A stretch of 64,000 bases of DNA from Eledone cirrhosa (GCA_964016885.1 OZ024743.1:107694001-107758000), one strand, 5' to 3'. Positions 39,450-52,829 are shown, counted from the first letter of the stretch. Made by a program: numbers and translations. Notes: generated by a model not told the origin, from the letters alone.

Positions 39450-41416
39450 TTACCTTACTTCTCGTAGGGGAAGGACGGTTTTTCCATCCTTTTCACTGCT
39501 TGTGGCCTCCTCAGGAAGGATGTCCTTATAAATCCTCCTGGAGAGTGCTTGTCGGAAGTCTCCGATGTCTTTGGGGAATTTTTGTTTTAGTGTCATGTAC
39601 GTTTTCTGTGTGATGCGAGTGATTTGTATGTGTGGAGGTGGTGTGAATTTTGGGGTTGTTGTGTAGCCTTTTTCTGTGATGCTGGTGTTGTGTTGGATGT
39701 AGTGTAATAATTGCTTGTTGTTCAAATTTAATGCTGTGTAGTGTGTATCGTTTTGGTTGTTTTGTTTTGTTTGCGTTTGTTGTGGGTTTGTTTCTGTTTC
39801 GCATTTTGGTGACTGTTTCGCATTTTGGTGGTGTTGGGGTTAATGATGGTGATGGTGTTGGTGTTTGGGTTGATGGGGTTGGTGATGCTGGTATGGATGG
39901 TGGTATATCTGTCCTAACTTTTTTGATTCTTAATTTATTTGTTTCCCTCTGTATTTTGTTTTTGGAGGGGGAAGGAAGAGAATCTTTTCTTTTTTGGTTT
40001 CTTTTTTTTTCCGGATATCGTTTCCCACTCCTCGTCGTCACAATCTGTCTCCAGTTGTGATAGGCCGGGGAGTCGAAAATCCTCCACAGGCGTTAGTTTT
40101 GGTTGTGGCGTGGTGGATGGTGTAGGCGCTGGTGCTAGTTCTGAAGCGTTGGGTGGTGGTGGTGTTGGTTTTGCTACTGTTGCTGGGGTTGTTGCTGCTA
40201 CAGTTGCTTCTGTTGTTGCTGCTACAGTTGTTGCTGCCATCTCTGCTACTGGTGGTGTTGATGGTTGTGTCACTGGGGTGGGTAGGAGAGGTGGCCTCAA
40301 CCTTTTGGCCTGAGGGCAGAAAGCCCTTAGGTGGATTCCTTCACCACAAACGACACACCTAGGTCTTCTGCCCTCGACAATTACCGTGAGGTGGCTGCCG
40401 TCAGTGAGGTCTATTACCTCTGGGATCTCCTCAATGCTTTTTTGGTCCGCTTGGATCAGGAGCTCCATCCATGATCCGGACCAGTTCTCCTGCTTTTCTT
40501 TTGCTATTGCTATTATTTTTGTGTTGGCTTCGATGCCGGCGAGGACGGCCGCTATTAGCCAGGGAATTTCGATGGCCGGTGGAACGTGGGTCACCCTGAT
40601 CTTTACGAGTCTCTGGCCACAATAGCTTGGGACGAGTGTGAAGTCGTCACTTCTTAATGGGGCCATGGAGTGTTCTCTAGCCTCCTCTGGTGTTTCAAAG
40701 AACACGTCCACGGTTCCATACTTCTTCCCACGTCTGATGTGGGTTTTTCTTGCCCACACATGTCCCAAAGCTTTTTGGATTTGGGACTCGGATGCCCGTT
40801 CCACTCGGCGCGATTTTACATTTATTGTTCGATACGACACGGTGCATAGGCGCCGATGCTCCATTTTATTAGGTGTGGGGGGGGGGGTGAGGCTGACCCT
40901 GTACCCATCTTTCTTTACCATTTGTTTGGCATTTTCTAAATCCTCCTGAGTTACCGTAAATGCTTCGAACTGTTTTGCTACTCTGGCGAAACTGAGGGTC
41001 GTTTTTATAATGTCATTGTTGTTGTTGTTGCTATCGTTATTTGTGTTAATATTAATTTTAGTTTCATTTGTGGTGGTGGTGACGTCAGTCGTCTTTGGTG
41101 GGGAAGAGTCCATTTTGCTTGATTTCATTTCGACATCACGAGTTAATTTATTTTTTTCTTCTTTTGTTTCTGTTGTCGCGGTGGTGGTGGGGGTGATGGT
41201 TGTCGCGGTGGTGGTGGTGGTGGAGGCTTTAACACCTGCAGTCATTGGTAATGGCGGGAAATGAATGTCTGCCTGAGACAAATTTAAAATATTGCTACTG
41301 CTTATATTTTTTTTTGTGTTGGCAAACGTAGTAACATTTACAATGGTGGTGTCGGTGTGAGGTGTTGATTTGTGAGGAAGGCTTTCAGCTGCTTGGTGCA
41401 GAGGTGAATTAGCCAT
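39450..41416 (-). pseudogene. Tx1-like ORF1 (gag-like nucleic-acid-binding protein), C-terminus frameshifted
   Basis: ORF 39935..41476 with CVVCGEGIHLRAFC (CX2CX4HX4C) and Thr/Pro-rich tracts; continues in 39526..40041 and 39450..39725. Confidence 0.85.
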
Positions 41417-41624
41417 TTTTTTCAAAGAAATTTTTTGATAATAATAAAAGTTTAAATTTTGGGCACAAGGCCCCAATCTTTTTGGGTGTCCTTTTCGGAA
41501 AACAATGTATGTGCGCTTTTATATGGTTAACAATAAAAATTTTCCATAAATGGCAATTTTTAACAAACGGAAATAACAAACCTTTGCGGAGGTCACGATG
41601 ATACGATTTGCTACGTAGGTCGCC

Positions 41625-41691
<67 letters not shown>

Positions 41692-44600
41692 GGGTTTACA
41701 TAAAGTAGACATTAAGGACAGTACAGAACAATACAGGACGGTACAAATGGACATTTCTGCGTGTAAAAAAGAAAAAAAACAGAGGATGTAACAAACAAAT
41801 AACAATGAAAAATTCCCCAATAGGGGGGAGACCTCCGAGGGACATTCGTAAGAAGGTCCATTAAAAAGCCACAGTTATCCTGACCACTAGGGCAAGTGCC
41901 CTCTCCCAGTTTTTTACCTTTAATTTACAGACACATACTCAAAGTAGGCCCATTCACTCGGGCCATTCTTGGCTCTCTCACCCATCTTTCAACAAAATGC
42001 TGGGAAGAGAGCACTTCCCTCTCTACCCTGATTTTCCTTTTCAAATGAAATTTGAAAAAGATAATCAGGGCGTCACCGAAGAGGTATGTGCTAGTCTTCA
42101 GCCCTTTCAAACGTGTCCACCATACTATCTCTTTCGCCATGGCCACCAGACAGATAAAAACTGCCTGCCCTTCCCGGCTAAAAGACGAGGGCGGGGCAAT
42201 ACTCACGATGGACTCAGCAGATAGCTGGATCCGTCCTACACGCGACAGCAGGTGTTCGACATAAACCCACAAGTCAGCAATTTTCGGACACTGGACGAGT
42301 GCGTGGAGGACGGTTTCGTCGCCCTGTGCGCTTCTCGGACATGCCCGGCTGACGGCACCTCCATCCCTGTAGAGTTTATCCCGAACTGGCAAAGCTCCTC
42401 GGTAGCACTGCCAGGCCAGGGATTTCTGGAAGTTGTCCATAGGCCCCGGCCCGAAAGTTCTTCCGAAGAGATTGGCTAGTTGATTTTCGTCGACACCTAG
42501 AGTTTCCCCAAGTACGTCGTCGCTCTTCCCTTCCACTAACACTCTATAGAACGCCAAGGTGGAGTTTCCACCGATCACATTGCCCGATTGGTCGAGGGCT
42601 GTGAGCGCCTGAAGACATTCCAGTCTCCAAGCGCTCCCTCTCGGTCTTCGCTTGACCCCGTACGGCAGCTCCGTCAGGGAGACGAGCTGGGGAAAGACGC
42701 GTCTAGCAAACGGCGACCACACCTGATCACCGTTGAGGAATAGGTGGAGATATCGTAGCCTGAGTGCATGTCTGCGCATGATTAGCCTCGGCATGCCCAG
42801 CCCTCCACGCAGCGTGTGTTGACAGCAGATGGACTGCAGATGGATCATCGGAGCGCGTCCCTTCCAAAAAAGCGAAAGAGCAAACGCTCCAGCGCAGTCA
42901 GGCGGGGCTTAGCACAAGGTACGACGATCAGGCGGTAGTAGATGACGGACGCGATGTACGTGTTAGCCACCTCCGCTCGACCTTTCAGGAATAGCTTCCT
43001 CTCCGCCCATTTCTGGCTGAGAGAAGCCACCCTGCTCGTCACCTCGTCCCAGTTTTTGTCCGTCTGGAGGCCCGGACCGAACGAGACCTCTAGCAATTTA
43101 ACTGGTCCGTCCGTCCAGCGCTGTTGGACGGAATGGACCTTCCTCTCCAGGTGCCGAGCTGCAGGCCCACTGACTTTTCCTGGTTGATCATTGGTCATGT
43201 CACCGCTTCGTATTCTCTTAGTGTAGTGCCGATCGCCTCGATGTGTTTGGCGTTCGACACCACCACGCTGACATCGTCCGCATGTGCTGACACGGATCTT
43301 CCGCATGCTAGTTCGCGCGGAACCCCGAGAGGGGACATCCTTGGCGCACCTAGCGAATGATGTTGAACGGTTCAGAAAGGTGACCGTTCACTCCCACCAC
43401 GTTGCAGTTATCGCTGTGCATGGCAGCGATCCAGCCTCTGAAGACGAGCCTAAAGCCAGCCGCCCTCAGGAATGCCGCTAGGTAACGATGGTCGACCCTA
43501 TCGAAAGCTTTCGACTGATCTAAATTGATCAAGGACACACTCGTGCCAGGTTCCCTAGCTACCCTCTCCACGATGTATCGCATGAGGCGGAGGTTGTCGT
43601 GGATGGATCTGTCGGGAATGGCACATGTCTGCGCCTCTCCCACCAGACCACCCACGACAAGCGCAAACCTCTTTGCTAGCACCTTGGCCAAAATCTTGAA
43701 CTCTTTGTTTAGCAGAGTTATGGGCCTGAAATTATCTATGTTATACCCCTTGTTCGGATCCTTTCTCAGCAGCGCCACCGCTCCTCGGCTCACAGAGCTG
43801 GGAATTCTCCAGTTCTGTTGCCAGTTGCAGTAGACGTCCGCCAAGAGGCCTCCGAACAAGTCTGGCATCTGTACGTAATGTTCATGGGGCAGACCATCCA
43901 AACCAGGCGATTTACCCCTTGTGCAGCCAGTCATTGCCTCCCGTACTTTAGCTTGTGTTATCGGCTTTTCGGAACACTCCGCCCTCAGTGACCGAGAGCC
44001 GCAGCAGTCCGTCGTGGTAGACACTAAAGTCCATCCCTCGATCCGGCCCGGCGCTGCCCCCGAACAGCTGAGCGAAGTGTCGCTGAAAAGCTTCACACAT
44101 TTGCCCGGGATCGAGTAGCATGCGCCCGTCGAGGTCCATCAAAGACCGAATCGCGGCTTTGTTGCCGCGACGCGCCTCCGCCACTCGGGTCCATTGAGCG
44201 GCTTTCGTCCCCTCGTGTCTGAGAGAACGCACCCTAGCTCTGACAACGCTGCCTTCGTGTTTTGCAATGAAGAATTGGTCAAGGACCAATTTCGCCGCAA
44301 GTACGTCGGTCTTTGGTAAGCGCCGCGTCTAATTTTCTAGTTCTCCCTCTGCTCTATTCTTCTCTATAGCTAAAGCCTTACTAAACCTAATGGACTCTAT
44401 TCTAATCGGTCTTTTCAGAGCAAACCACCACTTCTTGTTGACTATGGCCCCCTCAACGCCCGCTTAACTAGTTCGCTAATCCGGTCTCTGTAGGCCTTGA
44501 GCGCTGGTAAGGACGCGTTTAGCTTCCAGTAGCCGGGTCCTCGTCTATGAAGCCTATCTAAATCAAGCACACAGATCACGAATTTGTGGTTCGTGTAGCT

Positions 44601-46847
44601 GACTATCTTGAATTGTGGACAGCCTATGCTAGACCTATCTATTTCCTTACAAAATACTCTATCTAGATATGATCTTAATGACCCGATACGGTTTGTCCAA
44701 GTCCAAATTGGCACATTCAGGAAATCCAATCGGTACCTATCAGACAGTTCAAAACGCCTGAGCAGGTTGGTGAGGCTCTTGCACCCCCTCCCCTTTTCGC
44801 TAAGCCCACACAGTCCCAGCGTGCATCTAAGATCCCGTTCCAGTCGCCCACTAAAGCTAAAGAGCGGGACGTTCCTAGAAAGGTCTCCAGACGAAGGAAT
44901 AAATTAGGCCGCCCTGCTCCTGTCGTGGGATAGACGGCCACTAGCCTGAAAGCTTGCCCGTCTCCGCTGGTCACGTCCAGCACCACCAACTTACCTTCTG
45001 GGTCAAAAAAGATGATCGTATGGCGAGATCCAAACCTCTCCGAAAAAGCACAGCAACCCCTCCCCCCGATCCAGGACGGCTGGGAGATGCGAACACATCG
45101 TAGCCGCCGAAGATCGGTGCGAAGGCCCGTGCTTCGGAGATTCTGGTCTCGCTGATGGCCACTACATCTATGTTTAGTGACTTGAGGTCGTTTATCAGGT
45201 GGCCCTGCATCCATGACGACCCCAAGCCACGCGCATTTATGCTGCCTATTCCGAGTAAGGTCATGTTGAAATGGAGTGGAAAGGGATGGGAAAGACCACT
45301 TACCTTACTTCTCGTAGAGGAAGGCTGGTTTCTCCATCCTTTTCACTGCTTGTGGCCTCATCCGGGAGGATCTCCTTATTAATCCTGCTGGAGAGTGCTT
45401 GTCGGAAGTCTCCGATGTCTTTGGGGAATTTTTGTTTTAGTGTCATGTACGTTTTCTGTGTGATGCGAGTGATTTGTATGTGTGGAGGTGGTGTGAACTT
45501 TTGGGGTGTTGTGTAGTCTTTTTTCGGTGATGTGGGTGTTGTGTTAGATGTAGTGTAATAATTGGTTGTTGTTCAAATGTAATGCTGTGTAGTGTGTATC
45601 GTTTTGGTTGTTTTGTTTTGTTTGCGTTTGTTGTGGGTTTGTTTCTGTTTCGCTTTTTGGTGACTTTTATGGTATTGGTGATGGTGGTGTTGGGGTTAAT
45701 GATGGTCATGGTGTTGGTGTTTGTGGTGATGGGATTGGTGATGCTGGTGTGGATGGTGGCATAGCTGTCCTAACTTTTTTGTTTGATAGATTATTTGTTT
45801 CCCTCTGTATTTTGTTTTTGGAAGGGGAAGGAAGAGATTTTTTTCTTTTTTGGCTTCTTTTTCTTTTTTTCTTTTTCCCTGATACCGTTTCCCACTCCTC
45901 GTCGTCACAATCTGTCTCCAGTTGCGACAGGTCGGGTAGTGGAAAATCCTCCACAGGCGTTGGTTTTGGCTGTGGCGTGGTGGATGGTGTAGGCGCTGGT
46001 GCTAATTCTGGCGCGTTGGGTGGTGGTGGTGTTGGTTTTGCTACTGTTGCTGTGGTTGTTGCTGCTACAGTTGCTTCTGTTGTTTCTGCCACAGTTGTTG
46101 CTGCCATTTCTGCTGCTGGTGGTGTTGATGGTTGAGTCATTGGGGTGGGTAAGAGAGGTGGCCTCAACTTTTTAGCCTGAGGGCAGAAAGCCCTTAGGTG
46201 GGTTCCTTCACCACAAACGACACACCTAGGCCTTCTACCCTCGACAATTACGGTGAGGTGGCTGCCGCCAGTGAGGTCTATTACCTCTGGTATCTCCTCA
46301 ATGCCTTTTTGGTACGCTTGGATCAGGAGCTCCATCCCAGATCCGGACAAGTTCTCTTGCTTTTCTTTTGCTATTTCTATTATTTTGGTGTTGGTCTCGA
46401 TGCCGGCGAGGAGGGAAGCCATTAGCCAGTGAATTTCGATGGCCGGTGGAACGGGGTTCACCCTGATCTTTACGAGTCTCTGGCCACAATAGCTTGGGAC
46501 GAGTGTGAAGTCGTCGCTTCTTAATGGGGCCATGGAGTGCTCTCTGGCCTCCTGTGGTGTTCCAAAGAACACGTCCACGGTTCCATATTTCTGCCCACGT
46601 CTGATGTGGGTTATTTTTGCCAATACATGTCCCAAAGCTTTTTGGATTTGGGACTCGGATGCCCGTTCAACTCGGCGCGATTTTATGTTAATCGTCCGAT
46701 AAGACACGGTGCATAGGCGCCGATGCTCCATTTTATTAGGTGGGGAGGGGGTGAGGCTGACCCTGTAACCATCTTTCTTTACCATTCCCTTGGCTTCATC
46801 TAATTCCTCCTGAGCTGCTTTGGCAAACGACGCGGTGTTGTTATTCT

Positions 46848-46878
<31 letters not shown>

Positions 46879-47432
46879 ATTGTTATTTTTGTTATTGTTA
46901 TTTTTAGTTTCAGTTGTGGTGGTAGTGGCGTCAGTGGTGTTCGGTGTGGAAGAGTCGATTTTGGGTGAATCCATTTCGATGTCACGAGATATTAATTTTT
47001 TTTTTCTTTTCTTTCTGTTGTCGCTGTGGTGGTGGTGGGGGTGGCGGCTTCAACACCTGAAGTCATTGGTAATGGCGGGAAATGAATGTCTGCATGAGAC
47101 AAATTTAAATTATCGCTACTGCTTATATTTTTAGTGTTGGCAAACGTAGTAATATTTACACTGGTGGTGTCGGTGTGAGGTGTATGTTTGTGAGGAAGGT
47201 GCGGCTGTGATCGTTCATGATTTTTTCAAAGAAATTTTTTGTTTGATAATTATAAAAGTTTAAATTTTGGGCTCGAGGCCCCATTCGTTTTGAGTGTCCT
47301 TTTCCGAAAGCAAATTTTGTGACCTTATAAACAGTTAACAACAAAAATTTTCCATAAATAGCAATTTTAAACAAACGAAAACAACAAACATTTGCGGAGC
47401 TCACGATGATACGATTTCCTACGTAAGTCGGC
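41692..47432 (-). mobile_element. Tx1/L1-clade LINE copy B, full length, more decayed, tandem with copy A
   Basis: Collinear with copy A (ORF1 45706..46974, ORF2 pieces 45264 to 41925), with a small deletion in RT near 43325; flanked by (TAA)n. Confidence 0.92.
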
Positions 47433-47481
47433 AATAATAATAATAATAATAATAAAAATGATAATGATAATAATTATAATC

Positions 47482-47707
47482 AATGTCGTCCCGATTGTCA
47501 TAGGCGCACTAGGTACTATCTCAAAGAGTTTCCAAGTATGGTTAAAGAATATTAGTCTAGTCCCGCTTTTTGGAACACTTCAAAAAGCATGCTTGCCGGG
47601 AACAGCATGAACCCTCCGATACATTCTGAATATCTGAGGTTGCAGATAGCGGCTTGATATTCATTTCAACAAACTTTCCACTTAAATATGACTGAGACTC
47701 AAAGAAC
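47482..47707 (+). mobile_element. R4/Dong-clade LINE, short 3' fragment
   Basis: VVPIVIGALGTISKSFQ...LQKACL plus a 3' UTR matching 50720-50955; (TAA)n flanks. Confidence 0.88.
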
Positions 47708-47717
47708 AATAATAATA

Positions 47718-47770
<53 letters not shown>

Positions 47771-47774
<4 letters not shown>

Positions 47775-50700
47775 GATGGATAAGCGAGCTGGAACTGGAG
47801 GAACTGAGCAGAGAGAATGGTTTGGAGATGGCGGGTGTAGTATGCCAGACAAGCGAGCCAGTGGGAAATGAAGGTGAAGAGGTCCTGAGAACGGAGGAAC
47901 CACCCGAAGCAGACAATGATCTGAATACTGAGATAAATAATACCTGGAACAGAGATACGGCCACTGAGGAGATGAATGCTGACGGGCTAGGACAAGATTC
48001 GGTTGACATCCTAAATTTAGTGGTAGATGAATTGAACAATGATAGTGGGAGACCTATGAACCTAAGATTTGTAGACAGGAAAAAGTTAAAAGAAACAACA
48101 GCTAAGGTAAACAAAGTCATCCCATACCTTGAGGCGAGGAGCCTTCACCAGTGCAACAATATCCTCAAAGCAACAGCAAATACGGTGAGGAAACTACTTG
48201 GTATAAAAGCGAGAGGAAACAACAGACAAGAAAGAGCAGAGCCGTGGTGGAAGAAGCGACTGAGTGGGCAAATCGGGGAAATGAGAAATGACATAGGAAA
48301 GATTGAGTCACTACTGAATGGGACACTAAAAAACATAGGCACTAAAAATAGACTGGAAATAAAATACAAAACTAGGAGTAAAAAGCTAAATATTATCATA
48401 GAGGAACTGAAGCAACGCATTGTAGCAAAGAGTGCAAAAATCAGGCGATACGAGAACAGAGTCAGTCAGTATAAACAGAACCGCATGTTCGACAACAACC
48501 AGAAGATGCTGTTTGGACAGCTTGAGGGGAAAGAAAGAGGCAACGACTTGATCCCTGGGGCGGAGCAAACTAAAACATTCTGGAGAGGAATATGGGAGCA
48601 GGATGTTAGACACAATGCCCAGGCAGGGTGGATTGAGACCGTACAGAGGGAGATCGGTGAGCAGGCACAGCAACAAACTGAGTTGAGTATCACAGTTGAA
48701 ACTCTTAAGGGGCAGGCCAAAAAACTAACCAACTGGAAATCACCAGGCCCAGATGGTGTGCAGGGGTATTGGATTAAACATTTAACATCCCTCCACCCGA
48801 AGCTGACGGCCATGTTCAATGACTGCTTGGTGTCGGGTGAGGTGCCAGAGTGGTTGACAAAAGGTACCACAGTTCTGATAATGAAAGACCGAATCAAGGG
48901 TAATGATGTTACCAACTATAGACCTATCACATGTCTGTCCGTAATGTGGAAACTGTTGACGAGCATTGTGTCTGAGGAAATCTACCATCACCTCCACACA
49001 AACAACTTGTTACCGGACGAACAGAAAGGATGCCGAAAGAAGTCACGTGGTACAAAGGACCAGTTACTTATTGATAAGATGGTAATGGGGAATTGCAGGA
49101 GGAGACACACTGATCTTGCCATGGGATGGATAGACTACAGAAAGGCATTTGACATGGTGCCCCATTCCTGGATCACCAAAAGCCTGGAGATCTTCAAGGT
49201 GGCAGATAACATCAGACAGTTGTTAGGCAGGAGTATGGGGTCCTGGGAGACAGAGTTGACATCAACTGGAGTATCCTTGGGAAGCGTGAAGATCAAGAGA
49301 GGTATCTTCCAGGGAGATAGCCTGTCCCCTCTGTTGTTTGTCCTTGCCCTGATGCCCTTGACCATTATGCTGCGAAAAGTGAGAGCAGGATACAAGTTGG
49401 GAAGGGGAGAGCTTACCATCAATCACCTCCTCTTCATGGACGATCTTAAGCTCTTCGGGAAAAGTGAGAAGGAGTTGGATGTGCTTGTTGACACTGTCCG
49501 TATTTTCAGCAGTGATATATGTATGCAGTTTGGTATTGGTAAATGTGGAGTCATTGTGATGAAGAGGGGTAGGTTGAGCAGAAGTAACGGGATCCAGATA
49601 CCAACAGGTGAGATGATAAAGGAAATTGACTCTGAGGAAGGATACAAGTATTTGGGCGTTCTGGAGACTGATGGCATAAAGAACAAAAAAATGAAGGAAT
49701 TGTTAAGAACTGAATACATTCGGAGAGTAAGGAGCGTATTGAAGTCACATCTGAACAGCAGAAATGCCATAAGCGCAGTAAATTCCCGAGCTGTGTCTAT
49801 TATTAGGTACAGTGCGGGAATTCTGAGATGGAATGTTGCTGAACAAAAAGAAATGGATAGGAAGACTAGGAAGCTATTGACTATCTACAACATGTTCCAC
49901 AAGAGGAGTGATGTCGATAGACTCTACCTAAGGAGATCTGAGGGTGGAAGAGGTCTTATCAGCATAGAGGACTGTGTTCAGATGGAGAAAAACAACCTAT
50001 ACAAATACGTGACCTATAGTAAGGAGCCAATGCTCAGAACTGTACTGAAGGAGGGGACAGTAGGCCAGGGGATGTCCAAGGAGGAAATAACATCAAGGAG
50101 GAAGAGCAGCCTTAAGGGAAAATCCCTTCATAGTACCTTCTTTGAGAAAACTGAATTTAGAGATCCACAGACATGGAACTGGTTGAGAAGAAGAGACCTC
50201 AAAAAGGCTACAGAAGGAATGCTAATGGCTGCGCAGGAGCAGGCCCTCAAAACGAAGTGGTTGAAGCACCATATCTACAAGGAGGAGGCTAGCCCACTGT
50301 GCAGGATCTGTGGAGAGAGAGAGAGGAGACTGTGGCTCACATTGTGTCCGAGTGTAAACACCTAGCCCAGACCCACTATAAGGGCTGGAGACACGATGTG
50401 ATGGGCAGGGTGATTCACTGGCACCTGTGCAAAGTAAACAATTTACCACATTCTGAGAAATGGTATGAGCATAGGCCAGAGGCGGTGATGGAGAACAATC
50501 AGGTGAAGGTGCTGTGGGATTTTAGGATACAGACGGACAAAAAACTGGAACACAATAGACCTGACCTGGTGGTTGTGGACAAAGAAAAAAGATCGTGTCT
50601 GATTGTGGATGTGGCCTGCCCGTTCGACACGAGAGTGCAAGAGAAGGAGAGGGAGAAAATTAACCGATACCAGGACCTAAAGTGGGAGGTGAAAAGGATC

Positions 50701-50955
50701 TGGAACTGCCATGAAGTCAAAGTGATCCCGATTGTCATAGGCGCACTGGGGACTATCTCCAAAAGTTTCCAGGGATGGTTAAAGAAAATCAGCCCCTTCA
50801 CGCTTTTTGGAACGCTTCAAAAGGCATGCTTGCTTGGAACAGCAAGAACCCTCCGATACGTCCTGAATATCTGAGGCTGCAGGTAGTGGCTTGATATTCA
50901 ATCCAACGGACTTTCCAGTTAACCAACATCAATGACTGAGATTCAAGGAATAACA
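47771..50955 (+). mobile_element. R4/Dong-clade RLE LINE, slightly 5'-truncated, in (TAA)n
   Basis: Single RT-CCHC-RLE ORF, a short 3' UTR and (TAA)n on both sides; Dong-type elements are known to target TAA repeats. Confidence 0.94.
47822..50874 (+). CDS. RT + zinc knuckle + restriction-like endonuclease polyprotein; one frameshift in the (GA)n run at ~50313-50326
   Basis: KSPGPDG, YRPITCL, DYRKAFD, GIFQGDSLSP, LFMDDLKL, YKYLG; CRICGEREETVAHIVSEC; RHD; NRPDLVVVDK...IVDVACP; EKINRY; PIVIGALG. Confidence 0.9.
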
Positions 50956-50961
50956 ATAACC

Positions 50962-50994
<33 letters not shown>

Positions 50995-51655
50995 TAGCCC
51001 ACAGTGTAGGATCTGTGGAGAGAGGGAGGAGACTGTGGCTCACATTGTATCCGAGTGTAAACAACTAGCCCAGACTCACTATAAGGGTTGGAGACATGAT
51101 GTGATGGGCAGAGAGATCCACTGGCACCTATGTAAAGTAAACAATTTACCACATTCTGAGAAGTGGTATGAGCATAAGCCAGAGTCGGTGATAGAAAACG
51201 ATCAGGTGAAGGTGTTGTGGGATTTTAGGATACAGACGGACAAGAAACTGGAACACAATAGACCTGACCTGGTGGTTTTGGACAAGGAAAAAAAGATCGT
51301 GCCTGATTGTGGATGTGGCCTGCCCATTCGACACGACAGTGCAAGAGAAGGAGAGGGCGATAATTAACTGATACCAGGACTTCAAGTGGGAGGTAAAAAA
51401 GATCTGGAACAGCCATGCAGTCAAAGTGGTCCCGATTGTCATAGGCGCACTAGGTACTATCTAAAAAAGTTTCCAGGGATGGTTAAAGAAAATTGGCTCC
51501 GCCACGCTTTTTGGAACACTTCAAAAGGCATGCTTGCTGGGAACAGCAAGAACCCTCCGATACGTCCTGAATATCTGAGGCTGCAGATAGTGGCTTGATA
51601 TCCATTTCAACAAACTTTCCAGTTAACTAATATCAATGACTGAGACTCGAAGAAC

Positions 51656-51656
<1 letters not shown>
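50995..51656 (+). mobile_element. R4/Dong-clade LINE, 5'-truncated diverged copy (knuckle + RLE + 3' UTR)
   Basis: Collinear with 50290-50955, with substitutions and frameshifts. Confidence 0.9.
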
Positions 51657-51690
<34 letters not shown>

Positions 51691-51695
<5 letters not shown>

Positions 51696-52680
51696 GAGAC
51701 TAGAACGTCATGTGACAGACTCTCACCCAACAGGTGCCCCCTGGCTCAGCAGCAGGAACCTGACTGTCAACCAAATACTGCTGATGTTGGAGGAAGAAGA
51801 AGAAGGAAAGGGGCCGGAACCAACTGGACGAAAGAATTGAATAGAACTGTTATGCAATGTTACCTGAAAAGTAACCCCATGGAGAGGGGCTACAGGAGAC
51901 GGATGCATAACATCTGGAACGAGATTGGTTTATTTAAATTAGATGAACAAAAATTGGCCGGGCAGGCTCGGGTAATAAGAACTAATGGGTGGATAGGCGA
52001 GCTGGAACTGGAGGAACTGAGCAGAGAGAATGGCTTGGAGATGGCGGGTGTAGTATGCCAGACAAGCGAGCCAGTGGGAAATGAAGGTGAAGAGGTCCTG
52101 AGAACGGAGGAACCACCCGAAGCAGACAATGATCTGAATACTGAGATAAATAATACCTGGAACAGAGATACGGCCACTGAGGAGATGAATGCTGACGGGC
52201 TAGGACAAGATTCGGTTGACATCCTAAATTTAGTGGTAGATGAATTGAACAATGATAGTGGGAGACCTATGAACCTAAGATTTGTAGACAGGAAAAAGTT
52301 AAAAGAAACAACAGCTAAGGTAAACAAAGTCATCCCATACCTTGAGGCGAGGAGCCTTCACCAGTGCAACAATATCCTCAAAGCAACAGCAAATACGGTG
52401 AGGAAACTACTTGGTATAAAAGCGAGAGGAAACAACAGACAAGAAAGAGCAGAGCCGTGGTGGAAGAAGCGACTGAGTGGGCAAATCGGGGAAATGAGGA
52501 ATGACATAGGAAAATCAGCCCCTTCACGCTTTTTGGAACGCTTCAAAAGGCATGCTTGCTTGGAACAGCAAGAACCCTCCGATACGTCCTGAATATCTGA
52601 GGCTGCAGGTAGTGGCTTGATATTCAATCCAACGGACTTTCCAGTTAACCAACATCAATGACTGAGATTCAAGGAATAAC
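51691..52680 (+). mobile_element. R4/Dong-clade LINE with an apparently intact 5' end and a ~2.5-kb internal deletion
   Basis: METRTS...WTKELNRTVMQCYLKS...GYRRRM..IW...EQKLAGQAR N-terminal domain. 51984-52513 is nearly identical to 47771-48300, then the sequence jumps at GAAA to the equivalent of 50788. Confidence 0.9.
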
Positions 52681-52829
52681 AATAACAATAATAATAATAA
52701 TAATAATAATAATCTAGGCGTCTTCTGACACTAAATAAAATCAATCTGTGAACGCAGAAGGAAATATTTCGAAAGACGTTACACACTATATATATATATA
52801 TATATACAATAATATATACACACACATAT

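Larger units (their letters stand above)
35751..41624 (-). mobile_element. Tx1/L1-clade LINE copy A, full length, inserted in (TAA)n
   Basis: ORF1 (CCHC knuckle) plus ORF2 (APE-RT-CCHC); (TAA)n at 35686-35750 and 41625-41691. Confidence 0.93.

Noticed and set aside
41560-41624. HDV-like ribozyme at the Tx1 5' end (ACCTCC...GGT)
   Set aside because: P1/P2 pairing is not convincing and the motif is not conserved in copy B.
35686-52713. Repeat-spacer-like organisation as a CRISPR array or prokaryotic system
   Set aside because: Eukaryotic context; the repeats are microsatellites and the intervening units are LINEs; no cas genes.
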